In this document: one piece after another, positions 50,420 to 62,963 of the stretch
How the letters are laid out: every line of letters begins with the position of its first letter
Numbering within the stretch: the first letter of the stretch is position 1
Assembly: GCA_038496445.1 (NCBI GenBank)
Contig: JALMLS010000446.1
Span: 1 to 64,000, forward strand
Length of the DNA stretch: 64,000 nucleotides
Direction of reading: 5' to 3'
Source of the DNA: Trichosphaerium sp. ATCC 40318
Taxonomy: Eukaryota > Protista > Tubulinea
Notes under the pieces: model-generated
Told to the model about the DNA's origin: nothing
Database searches by the model: none
Seen by the model: only the letters and a program-made list of their open reading frames with translations
Program-made: the position numbers and the translations under genes

Positions 50420-51662
50420 ATGTCTACCAACCATATACTATATTATACAGCACTAAACGGTAAGCTACAGTTACTTTAGATTATTTCAAACAAACACAAT
50501 TCGCTAAACGCGTTTATAGTAAAGACCAAGCCTCAAAATAACCAACCAAAGGGTAAACAAGCAAAACAAACAAAACAAAAACCAACCGTTACCAAACCGA
50601 AAGACCCTTACGCCTACGCTGAAAACTATTGCTTCTTCTATTCATCAAACCCCTCTTCGGCTGAAGATTGGCTAAAACAACCAGAACACCTCTACTTTAG
50701 TAATCTATACCCCGTACAAGGTAATATAGCGTCAATAGGCACTAAATTACGCCTATTAGACCGAAACAACCCAAAAATAGTTAACAATCTAAAAACAATT
50801 GTAGATGCGTCAAAGAAGCCAACGTTAATAATTCCATGCGAAGGCGAAGACATGAAGTTTAATTCAACAGAGCAATACTTTCAATGGAAGAAAATGGACC
50901 ATAAAGACTCTGACGGGCGTTACATGATGACTTTAAGTCCAGCCAACGTTGCAAAGTACGGACAAGGTACGCACAGATTCACAAAAAACCAAGAAAATTA
51001 AATTAGTTTTCTTTCAGGTCGTTACCAATGGCGATCAAAGGCGAAGGCTGCTAAAGAAACTAAAGAATTCAACTTACCTTTTGATGTTGAAAAAGCTACA
51101 AGTGGTAAAAAAGTAAACAGAGGAAGACCTCAAAGGTAGTTGTCTTTTTTTTTGAAATGATCATTTGACACTTTTTGACATTTTGACACTCGTCGGTTTT
51201 AGCTGCCGTCTGTGCCTCTTTTTTTTTATTCTTTGTACTGTTTATCTCATTCCTACTACCAGAATACCTAATTGGGAGAAGATTGAAGTTGGTAGTAATG
51301 TTATGTTTAAGATTAATACTATGCTTTACGCTTTAAGAGCAAAGTTTGCTCAAGAGCCATTCCGTAAGGTTCTTCTTGATACAAAAGATATGTGGCTTAT
51401 TGAACATACTAAAAACGATTCTCAGTGGGCAGATGGTTATAATGGTAAGAGTTGTGAATATTCTTCTTTTTTTCTCTTCTCCTGCAACTTTGGTTCGCTC
51501 ATTTCTTTTGTGTCTGTAGGCGTTGGCTTGAATTATTTGGGTAAACTACTTATGCATGTAAGAGAAGAGATTGTTACTGGAACACAAAAACCAATACCTG
51601 CTGATAATAACCTTAATAAGCAAATGAAAGAGTTGCTTCCTAAAATCTATAGTGTACAATAA
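50420..51662 (+). CDS. NADAR (YbiA/DUF1768) family protein
   Basis: YFSNLYP, FNSTEQYFQWKK, ALRAKFAQ and LIEHTKNDSQWADG-GLNYLGKLLMHVRE. Confidence 0.85.
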
Positions 51663-51802
51663 ATGTTGTAAAAATACCAACACTAGTTGTGTACATTTAC
51701 AATTTTGATTAGTCGACAGACTTTACGTATTTGTTGTGTGACACAAATGACGTTTAAGTCATTTTGCTACCCTTTAGTAGTGTCAGTTCTTGTTTACTAA
51801 AC

Positions 51803-54729
51803 ATGGCAAGGCCCGTTGAGGATAAAGATGAGTTGTACGATAAAATACACGTAATATTAAACGATCGCCAGCCACCACTTCGCGGTATGTACAAGGATAT
51901 TGGCGGAGAGCTACTAGAGAGTACGTCATCCATAATTTCACGCGTTGTACAGCTATTACAGCGTTAGTTTCACAATTTACCAAACTTTTTTCTTAATCAC
52001 GTGATTTTGTTTACAACACGCGTGTATACTGTTCTTATATCCTTTTAAGATCTACGACGATTTTTAAGCATTTTCGAAGGTACTTTCTTGATTTTTCTCG
52101 CATCCTTTGACATGTTAAAGTGCAAGCGTCAAATGTTGAGTTTCTAGAGGAGATATACAATGATATACAAGCAGTAAGAGGTTTATTTAAAAATCGTCCA
52201 TATTTTATAAATTAGGATACATGTTCTGACGTTCTTTAGGTAACAGACTGGGTAAGCAGAGATGAATCTAAGTTTGGTACTATGCAGGAAGAGTACGCTA
52301 CATTTCTTGTACGATTCGGATCATTCATCACGAAAAATGTGCTGTTGACACTGTATAGAAACACACTGAAAAGATTTGCGGTTTAATCAAAACGTGCGCT
52401 TTGGCTGATGTAATTTTTTTTGACATTCTTTAGATACAAAGAATCTTCCGAAGATGGCGAAACAAGTTCTTTTACTGGCATTTCAAGGCATGATTAAATG
52501 TTTTATATAATTGTTAATAGCTGTAGGAAGGAAGCACAAGCCCTGTTTGGTGCGTGAATACGCTGATAGGCTTTTCGGCGTAAATCACCAACTTTTCTTA
52601 GAGCATCACGTGATAACGAATATAAAAAGCGCTAAAATAATTTACTGGTACCGTAATGGCTAAATGAAGTTTTTATATTAATGAAATGATAAATTAGGAT
52701 CGACAAGGATACTGAAAGAAACATTAAAGGTGTAAAGGATCTTAGCCTTAACCAACTAACAAAAAAAAAAAATAGATATCAAGTTTATAACAGAACGTAA
52801 TCCTACTACAGTCTTTTTTTGTGTACCTGCTTTTGAAGATGTGCGTAATGTCCCCCTCTGAAACTTGTGTCATAAATATTTGTTAGGTTGTTTTGGCGTT
52901 GTCACCCCACAAGAAGTTGCTTACAAATTCAGTTGGTACATACTACTAAAATTCTATTTTTATCAGTTGTTCATGTTCTTCAAAGGAAGGATTCGAATTA
53001 TAGTACCTGGAGAGGATAAAGCAGGACCAATAAAGTATGGAAATTTATTATTAAAGACACTGACAAGCATAAAAGGAGGATGATCACAGCAATGTTCACA
53101 CGAGGAATTCTGGTAATAACTGAACAACAAACAAATCACTTTTTTTTAATTTTACCTAACAAACTTAAACAGCTGCCTACAATTGTCAAAGTATATAAAC
53201 CTGAGTACGAAATAAATCTATTATTAACATAATTTACATTAATAGTATTAAAATAGGTCCACAAAAACTCTTGTAAAGGTTGGTCAATGAGTTCTATGTT
53301 GTACTTACGAAAAAATAATGAAAACAAAATAGGACATAAGCAAAGCTTCCTTACTTTCAATGAGAAGGGTATTCAACTTACCCACTGATACGTTATGAAC
53401 TTATAAAACGTTTAGTCGACAGTCACTAGACCTGGTATAACCCACAGATTACGTTCAATTCAAACCTTTGCTGAAATGTACACTGTTTTGTGGATCGGAC
53501 TTGAAGACAAGGTATACATTCTTTCAACACTAAAGACTTTTATAACCATTCATAGGAAGTAGTCACAACTCTGTTGGATGCAGGTATTTATGTTGATATA
53601 CGAAACGCTGATGATGATCAAATTCGAGCGCATTTAAGACAGCTGGCGCGTCAGTATTCAGATTCAAATAAATTGAAAATTGTACGTTGCTTATAAGCAT
53701 GCTCCATAATAATACGAAAAAAAAAATTGATTTGGATGTAGGTTTTCTTCGTTGACGATAAGAGTGACGAGGAGGATATTATTAATTTGTTACAGTCTCC
53801 TCTATTGCGACGACATAAAAGAGTAACATATATGTTTCATTATGCTGATTTTTATTCTCCTATCCTTCAAACACTCACAGATAGAGGCATTGAAGAAGTT
53901 ACAACATTTATTTCTTTGATATCAAAAATTACGGATACAATACAAAAAGAAAGCTCACTTGATGATCCACAATTATTCTTGCCAGATAAACAAGAACGTA
54001 CGATACACTCTCTACTAATAGGTGTGTTAACCATCATTAATTAATACAATATAATAGAGACGACAAAGGGCAAGAAAGTTACTTTTGTGTTAAGAAAAAT
54101 CACATGTAAAAATTTAAAGATTGCAGACTTAGGTATGGACAGAATAGAGGTTTATGTAACAAATGTCAAAGTTTTAACCTATTATTTAAATAGAGTCTTC
54201 TGATCCATATTTGCGTTTGAAACTCGGAGAGAGTGCTTTTAAATCACCAGTACAATTCAGAACACTCTTCCCAGAGTGGAAAGATTTGTCTTTTGAATTG
54301 TACGCACTATCCTTGTCTTACAATCTATGTTCACTTACCTTTAAATCTATAGTCATTGCATTACCCACAATACCTTGCGAATAGATATTTGGGATAAAGA
54401 CTATGGCAAAGCAGATGATCACTTAGGTATTTACAACTTAAGTTTCGCATGATTCTTTTCTACTGTTAACACTCTTTGAAGGGTTTTATCAGATCAAAAT
54501 ATCAGATATTATAGCACAACATAGTGAAAAGAATCCATTAAACCCTCTCAATGTTGGTCCAATAAAGGCAGTAGGTGCTATCAAGAACCTCATTCCGGAT
54601 GCTATCACTCCTCATTTAAGAAAAAAATGGAGTAGTGGTGATATACCAGTTCAACCTTTGAATGATAAGCATACAGTCCGAGGCACTATTTGTATTGATG
54701 CTGAATTCACCTATGGAGATAGACTTTAG
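51803..54729 (+). CDS. multi-exon protein with C-terminal C2 domain
   Basis: CKNLKIADL-ESSDPYLRLK, RTLFPEW and IDIWDKDYGKADDHLG. The N-terminal region is unassigned. Confidence 0.7.
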
Positions 54730-55540
54730 TCAATAAGAACCTTCTTAACGAACTTGTCCGAATAAAGCAACCTAAAAGAAAAAACTCTAGAGTTTGTTTT
54801 CACTTTTTCACAATTCATAACTGCGTAGTTTTAAACTGATGAATGCGAGTGAATTAATATGTATTAAGACCACATACACTACCATTTAAACTAGAACAGC
54901 AACTAGAAGGTTTGGATAAAAAAGAAACTAGTACCCAAGAAAAATCAATCTCAAACACTACTAGATAAATAGTCCCGACGTTTGTTTAAATACCTTTTCG
55001 CCTTGTTTTTAAGAAAGGAAGTTGTAATTTTCTCAGTTCTTTATGGGTTCAACCCGTAGTGTTTTGCCAAGTTTACCCAGCAAATACCCGATATTGTGTA
55101 TGAGCTATTACATTGCCTATATACTACAAGATAGCTTCAAACAAATTTATACAGATGCATGAAAATCTATCAGTGGGTGACACTCTCCCAGCTCGCCTCC
55201 GTTCACTGAGTATTCTTTAAAATTGGCATTCAGAGATTAGTTTTAACGGGTCAATGGTGAATTCAAAAAAATAGTGGTAACAGGCCTGTTACTCGCGAAA
55301 GATAGCAACTTTGTTTTTTAGGACAAAAAAAAGGGAAATTTCATTGTTTTTGGTTTTCCGTACTAAGTAATAACATCTGACAACTGACAACAACTGCTCC
55401 TTATCAACAACTTCTCGTAGGTTCTGACATAGTTGGTATGGCTGAGCGTAATTGCAAACGCAAAAGAACGAGAATAACAAGGAGTGTGCACAATAATTTC
55501 CACTGAGGTTTTTAACGTTCGTTCTGACTAGTTGCTAGGT

Positions 55541-57900
55541 ATGACACGTAATAAGCGTGAGACTGAACCAGAGTACGTTTTACCACTCACAGCTTTTTTT
55601 TTGGTCCGTTTCGTTAATCAATCTGTTACTTCTATTTTGACATTACCTAAGCGATTCAGACTCTTCACCACCAAAAAAGCGTAAAATATCTAAAAACACC
55701 TAAACGGGAGGCCAAAACAACAAAATGACGCCTAGAATTTACGCCAAGTACGTTTGTAACGGTTTTTAACCTCAACATTTGTTAATTCGCCTATTATCGC
55801 TTCTGTTGACTTTTTTGATAGCATCGAGTGACGAAGAGCCACCACAGAAAAAACAAAAACTGACACCTTTCAAAAAATATTTATTTTACACACTGTAACG
55901 GCGTGACTTATCACTTAAGCTTCTCATGACGTTGCATTGCACTGTAAGGTTGTTTTTCAGTTAGTGACAATTGTTTTGTGGATGCTATGTAAACATCCCT
56001 TGTAATTTTTCAATCAACCATATTTTTTTTTCACCATTTTCTTGCATTCTATTTTGCCTGTTTAGCTTTTTACGTGTATTAATCTTACCTTGTTTTAGAT
56101 GAGGTTAATACTCTCAACATACCGTGGGCGAAAAATTGTTGAATTTAACAAAGCACAGCGATTCATGCCAGATGCAAAAAATAGCGATTCACTTTGGCCA
56201 TAAGCCTGCTCCAAAGCTCGAACATCCGTACTATGTAGCATCATCAAAGTGGGCAACTAGCTTGTTCAGTAAACATGATACCATTCGAAAACTTTTTGAA
56301 AAAGACAGTTTGAAGGAGATAACACGTATTGTGTGTGACAACGTTCAACAAATCTTCGTTAATTTGGGCTATTGTTTGGCAGAGATATGCTCGTACATTG
56401 TTTTTTTTTTGTCAGGTTTTTTGTTTGCTGTTATAGACTTGACTAACTATTTTTCGATTAGATGAAACACTGAAGGCTGCCAGAGAGTATCATGAAGCTA
56501 AACTATTGGACCCAGAGGACCTCTGATAATAATTCAGAAAGTGTATAATATCAGTTTCTGGTGATAGCGTTGATAGCTTGAAGCAAACCGAAGATTATCA
56601 AAAGTACATGGCAGATATTAGAATTATAGATAAGGCTATCGAAGCATCTCCTAAAAAGCAGATTGAAAAAGAAGGCGACCTAGGGCTCACAAAAATAACG
56701 TAGACCCTTCTACAATGGCAGGAGTGTACGTTATTCTTTTTTTTTTAACATTACTGACACTGTTTTAAGAGATGGCTGAATACAGTGTTATTACTCAAAG
56801 ACTTCTTCATTTCAACAATGGTTCATGGGATAACGGCGTTTAGTATGCTATTGAGTCACTAGATGAGAAGGGCAAATATCGCATTGGCTCTCTGGTTACT
56901 ATGGTGATGAAATGGGTTTCTTAACTGTTGTCGGCAGATTGTTAGGCTATGTTAGCCACTCCAGAGGTAGTATTAAGTTGGTGGCTGTGAAACCAATACC
57001 ACCGAGCTTCAAGTAAGTAAACACATGCTCCTTTATTTCGCATAATTTACTTTTATTTAGAAACAGATTGGTACATTAGCAGTAGGCCATTATGAGTTCT
57101 TGGTGTCTTGGCAATTCAGTAAAGGATATAACTACGCAAATGGAACACCTTTCAAAAGAGACCTTAGTTCTTTAGATAAACGGTTTACCGAAAACGAAAA
57201 AAACATGCAAAGAACTGACCAACAAATTGGATGATACACAGAAAACATGCAAAAAACTTGTACATGAAAACAAAGAATTGAACAACGAATTGGAATAAAA
57301 ATGGGCTGACTATCAGAGAAAACAAAGGAGGAAAATAAAGCACACTATGAATTGCTGAAACAGGAGTATGCAGTGAAGTATAAACAAGTGATTGAAGAGC
57401 TCCGACAACTGCATGATAGACACAGAACATTTTCAAGGTCTTGGTGCGTTAAACTTGTTCTTTTTTAATAGATGCTGACTTTATACTTTAGATTACGTAC
57501 ATATTTACACTGTTACTACATGTCCACTCTTTATCAGTATGATACAGAAGAAGAATCTGGCTGCAAAATGTTGAGTCACTTTCTCAGCATGTCGCCTGGA
57601 ATTGGGTTGGAATCCTATTGTTATTCAACGTGCAATAACACCACAAAAACTGCTTGGTAGTGGTTCGGCAAAAGTGTACTCCATTCCAATCTCAGTGACA
57701 TTGTTTGAGTCAAGCAACCTGTTGATGAAAACAACAATGTTCTCATGGCTATCAAGGTATTTAAGGGGGCAGTAGTTGCCTTCTTAATGCCAGAGTGGAA
57801 AGCATACGGTAGAACACGAGATAAATATGCTCAAAGCAATCAAGGCTGCTAACGTTCCAATTGTTCCTAATTTGGTAGAAACCACATTTTACCGGCGTTT
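55541..57900 (+). pseudogene. decayed intron-containing gene with kinase-like fragments at the 3' end
   Basis: Exon/intron texture is retained but in-frame stops and frameshifts interrupt it; MAIKVFK and (shifted) EHEINMLKAIK resemble kinase subdomains II-III. Confidence 0.45.
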
Positions 57901-58143
57901 GTAAGCGAGACGTAGTTGCCCAACTAACTAGGGGTTAGCATAAGAACAACTTTCGGCGAGTAGCAAGTCCTAAGTGTAAAACGTCTTGGTTTTATTTTGT
58001 CATTGTTGTATTATTCAGTATATACCAGAACGGCTAAAAAGACAATTGTCTTAAGTATCAATTAACTAAAACACAGCAACATAGCGGCCTTATCTGCGCC
58101 CCGAAAGTCAACCCCAGACAATAAAACTAAAAGACAACACTCA

Positions 58144-58668
58144 ATGGCAAGTGTTGGTGATAAAGTCCCAATGACAATAGGTAAAATAGCTACAGCTGCC
58201 AATATGAAGACTATTCAAAGCTAAAATACGCCAATCTAAAAAGCACGATCAAGTTGAAGCCTGTAAAAAAGCTCTTGACAAAGAACTAGCAGGATTGACT
58301 CTAAAACAATGTGAAGGTAAAAACCTCAACTTACAATATGTTAAATCACATATCACGTGTTGCTATTATTCTCTACGAGCATAAGACATTTAATCCAATA
58401 GTTTTTAAGCTTAACAAAATGTTTCATCTTTAATTTCGTGCCATATTGGCATGACGTGTTAACACGTGGCGCCTGTCTTTTTATTTTTTGGTGAAGAGTT
58501 GATAGTTTCTTTCTAGCTCTTGTACGGATGGTGTTCAAGGACAATCAACTTGAAGTTGCCGTGGAATGCTCACTATATTGCTCTGAAGGCAAGGACAAAT
58601 TTGTTGCCCACATGAAGAAATGCATGAATCTCCACGAGTTCAAAAAACTTGATGGTAGTCTATTGTAA
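58144..58668 (+). CDS. small (~95 aa) hypothetical protein, 3 exons
   Basis: GT-AG splicing yields an open frame MASVGDKVPMTI-AKIRQSKKHDQ...KKLDGSLL*. Confidence 0.55.
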
Positions 58669-58910
58669 TACACCTGTAGATTAGTGGTGTAACAGCCGTT
58701 TTAGTAAACCCAATAGTGGTATCTAAGCCCGTCTTTGTTTGCAAACTGCAGATTAGGGTTAGCTTAATTCCACCTGATTGATGTTTACACGCCGTTGATA
58801 CGCGTGCAGATATCTCAATCAACAGAAAACTCGTAAGAAAAGTTGTCATTTCATTCTATTTGTGCTCAACGATTGTGTAATCGGACTTTTACAGAGTTGT
58901 TTAATGAGGG

Positions 58911-59113
58911 GATGCTTGGGATAGTATGCTATAAAAAGCATACACTTCCTAGCAATCAAAGATGTTTCAAAAGGCCTTCTTGTACACTATTACTTTGTAT
59001 TTGATAACGTACATTTGTGTAGCACTTTTCAAAAACCAGCAGTGCTACACTTCAAGGTGTTCGAGAAGCAGTGCTTCTTTTCTGTTCAGTGAAACATCTT
59101 TGTGTTGCACTAG
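58911..59113 (+). other. nested inverted-repeat / multibranch structured element
   Basis: Perfect 13-bp inverted repeat 58957-58969/59090-59102 encloses a perfect 10-bp inverted repeat 59017-59026/59041-59050 and two more hairpins. Confidence 0.65.
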
Positions 59114-59158
59114 GCAATATTGTTGATCAAAATTCAAAAAACCAACAACTATAACAGC

Positions 59159-60503
59159 ATGTCTCAACAACAAAAACAACTACATATTAAAGCAAACTAC
59201 ATGAACCTATGGAAGCGTTTAACTGTAGAAAGAGAAGGACTTACATTTTCTAAACTAATTGCTAAGTTATCTTCTCAATTCGGTGACAATTACAGAAATC
59301 AAGACAAACGTTATATGTATGCCGACAACGAAGGGCATAAAATATCGGTAAGAAAAAAAATCAACCTCCCTGCGGATCTTTGTAGACTTTTCTACAGAGT
59401 TCTTGGAGGTGTTATCGAAATTTGTTCTGACATTGCTATTTAGTTGTGTTGTAATGATGATCTATATGAAGCTCTATTTGTAACTGGTGTAAGTACACTA
59501 TACGTGTTTGCTATACCTGTATTTGATTTTGGAAGCGCTACAATAGCCCCAAAGGTATATCTTAGTTTTTTTAACTCTGCTATCATTGCTTAATTATTGA
59601 CCCGTCACTAGTATGGATACAATCCGGTCGATAAACTAATAAGTGAACTAAGTGTTGTTGTCAACGAATCAGCTAAAAAAGTCATTGAGCGCAATGTTAC
59701 TCCAATGCTAAGGTACTTAAACAAAAGTTCAAAAAAGCCTATGTAAGATTTAAGAATCTAATCGTAATTCAGGGAGTTTCACAAGAAGCAAGAAAATGAG
59801 GTAAAAAATCTGTGTGAAAAAATCATAGAGACAGCTTCAGAACTCATTGAAAGCGATGACTTAAAGGTTGTAGCAATGGGACGTAACTTATTGCAAGAAT
59901 CGCTTGAGCACGTCGGTGATGGGTCAGCAAGTTTCAAACTTGCATGCGCGCATAGTCGTCTCAGAAACAAACAAGCAGCACTGGATACTTTAGCCTTGAG
60001 TGTTCAAAATGGATTTAAAGACGCTACGCTACTCAAAAACCACGCTGATATGGTATCTCTCAAGTACGGTTTACAAGTCACGTGATTTATTCGTTTAACA
60101 ACTGTAATAGGAGCGACCAATCTACATAAGATGTCTTAAGCGGGTCAGTGAGTACAATAACGCTGAGGCAGTTTTTGGAACTTTTTGCAATCGCAAACCT
60201 CCTGCTGTCATTACAGAGGACGTTGTAGTACCGAAGGTTGAGGCACCTAGGACAAGTTTTCATGCTAATGTACCGCGTACTGTTGACATGGCTGCAAGAG
60301 CTCGTGTACTTGGTGATATAAAAGCCAACGCCTCTGGAACACAGCCTTCAGAAGAGTTGATGGCTTCAACTGTTCTTGAAAAAGCACTTGTCGTGCTAGC
60401 TTCAAATGGATTTACAGATAGGAAGAGAAACATTCAAGCTCTTGTGCAAGGCAAGATGAATGTTCCAGCTGCGATTCAAATTCTATTAGAAGAATTAAAC
60501 TAA
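59159..60503 (+). CDS. PB1 - TPR-like - UBA domain protein
   Basis: PB1 (LHIKA...YADNEGHKIS..NDDL), TPR-like FKLACAHSRL..ALDTL...GF.D, and UBA (LASNGFTDRKRNIQAL..NVPAAI). The last junction is ambiguous. Confidence 0.75.
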
Positions 60504-60759
60504 ATCGTCAACTGTTGAACTACCTATGTAACTGTTAATAAATAGATTATTTTTACAAGAAAAACGTTTATTTTCTTTCTACTTTGCTTGCCCTTTACCA
60601 AAGTAAGTTATTTACTTTTGAGAACCTGTTTTTACACTTACACTCAAATCACTGCCAAGATTAGCTATAGGCACGTGTCAGTCCAGTACAATTACTGAAT
60701 GATTCGGCTTAGTCTTGTTGGCTTAACTGAGTAACAAATTTCACTTTTAACTCACTCAA

Positions 60760-62842
60760 ATGAAGCTCATCCTTCTTTTATCTGCGCTTCTAGCGTTATC
60801 TAGCGCCATACCAAAGATTGGACAAATCAAATCCTTTCCTGGTTTTGCAGGAACACTACCTTTCGAAGCCGTGCGTAAAATTGTATATAGGTTACGTGTT
60901 AACATTGATAGTACTCTGGTTACTTCCCAGTGAATGATGGAAAGAAATTTCTCTTTTTCATGTTTGCTCTTAGCCAAGGAAACCCTGAAACAGACCCAGT
61001 TGTATTGTGGTTAAATGGTGGTCCAGGTAACTATTTTTTACCCTAAATTACTAAATTGTCAAGTCACGTGACTGTTTAGACTTTATTTTTCTACCTGGCG
61101 TCTACGACTGCTGGTTAATGATTTAATCTAGGTTGCTCTTCCTTTGACGGGTTTATCTACGAACATGGTCCATTTACCTTTCTAGATGGTCCTATGGGCG
61201 CACAACAGAACTTGACGCTAAATCCTTACAGTTGGAATAAGGTAACAAAAAGGAAAAGGAAATACTGTAGTGAACACGAATTTTCTTTTTTTTCTGTTGG
61301 GGCTGTACAATTTTAACTGTTTTGGTAGGTTGCTAATGTCATTTACTTGGATTCTCCTGCCGGAGTAGGATTATCTTTCTCACAAGACCCGGGAACAGAT
61401 TACAAAACAGGAGATACAATAACAGCAAAGGATTCTCATAACTTTTTGTTGAACTTTTTTTCTCATTTCGTTTCTTACCAAAAGAACGATTTCTATGTTG
61501 GTACGACAGTCACGTCAAATCACGTGATTTTTTTTGTCTTCATAGACGATTAACTCCTTTTCAAGCTGGTGAAAGTTACGGTGGCGTATATGTACCAACT
61601 TTATCACAACAAGTACTACTTGGAAACCAACAAGGTTTATCGCCTAAAATCAACATGAAGGGATACATGGTATGTGTCTTTCAAAAAAGGTGTACACTAA
61701 ACGCATTTTCTTATTCTTTTATCTAGGTCGGTAATGGTGTTACTGATCAAGTTTTTGATGGAAACGCATGGGTCCCTTTTGTAATTGGACATGCCCTTAT
61801 TGGAGACGATCTTATCGACCAAGTCAACAAAGTAAATTGTCAAATCATCAACTGGTTTTTTCTGAACATTAATTTAGGCTTGCCCAACAAAAGAGTACTG
61901 GAACGCTACTGGTGAATGCCAAAGCGTACAATTCAAGGTATGTACCATTAATCAATACGTTTCTGGATGTAGTACATAAATAAGTATTGACTTGGCTTTA
62001 GATGTCAGAGTTGACGGGAGGATTGAACATTTACAATATCTACGAAGATTGTTATCAATCTGGATTCAAAGCAAAAGGACCAATCTCTAAACTTGAATAC
62101 AGAATGCAACAGATCCGTGATAGCAAGAGTAAGCCATAGCCTTGAATTCTTGCTGATATTTCGAAGTCCTATCTTACTCTTCGTTTAGTTCTCAAGGGAG
62201 AGGTACCTTGCATCGACAGTAGCCGAGCTCACGCATATTTGAACCAAGTAAGTACAACGTTATAACAGGAATTTGAATGCTTTTGAATTTGGAACATTCA
62301 GTAACTTGTTCGTTACAGGATTCTGTTCGTACTGCTTTCCATGCTATACCTGTTTCACAGCAAGAGTGGACAATATGTTCTAACCAAATAGACTACCGTC
62401 GTGAAGTATCAAGCACTATTCCTATCCACAAGCAGTTGCTTGCTGCTGGTATAACTTTTTTTTTCTCTTTTTTTTTTAGAATTCTTTATTTCATCCATTT
62501 CTGACTTTTCTGAAGGCTACCGTGGTCTTGTGTACTCTGGAGATACTGATATGTGTGTGCCTTACACAGGTTCAGAGGCTTGGACTAAGTCATTAGGCTT
62601 CTCTGTGACTAGCCCATGGAGACCATGGACTGTTTCCAAACAAGTCGCTGGGTATGTTGTCTCGTACAAGGGTAGTGGAGGTGAGGACTTGACGTATTGT
62701 ACAATCAAAGGGTACGCTAAAATTACAAAGAAAGATTTTCTATTAACCTCTTTTTCATAGTTCTGGACATACAGTACCACAATACAAACCACCTCAAGCA
62801 TTTCACTTTTTCGAAAAGTTTTTGGCAAATGAGTCATTTTAA
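60760..62842 (+). CDS. serine carboxypeptidase (S10)
   Basis: Signal peptide; [43 protein letters not shown] and G-SGHTVP. Confidence 0.95.
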
Positions 62843-62963
62843 ACAAACACGTGTTTACTCTTTCATAAATGTAACCATTTTAAATAAAAATACCATTCTC
62901 ACTCATTTACCAAACGTCATTTACTGTTGCCGCTAGATAACCAAAAAAGTGGTAGTAAACAAT

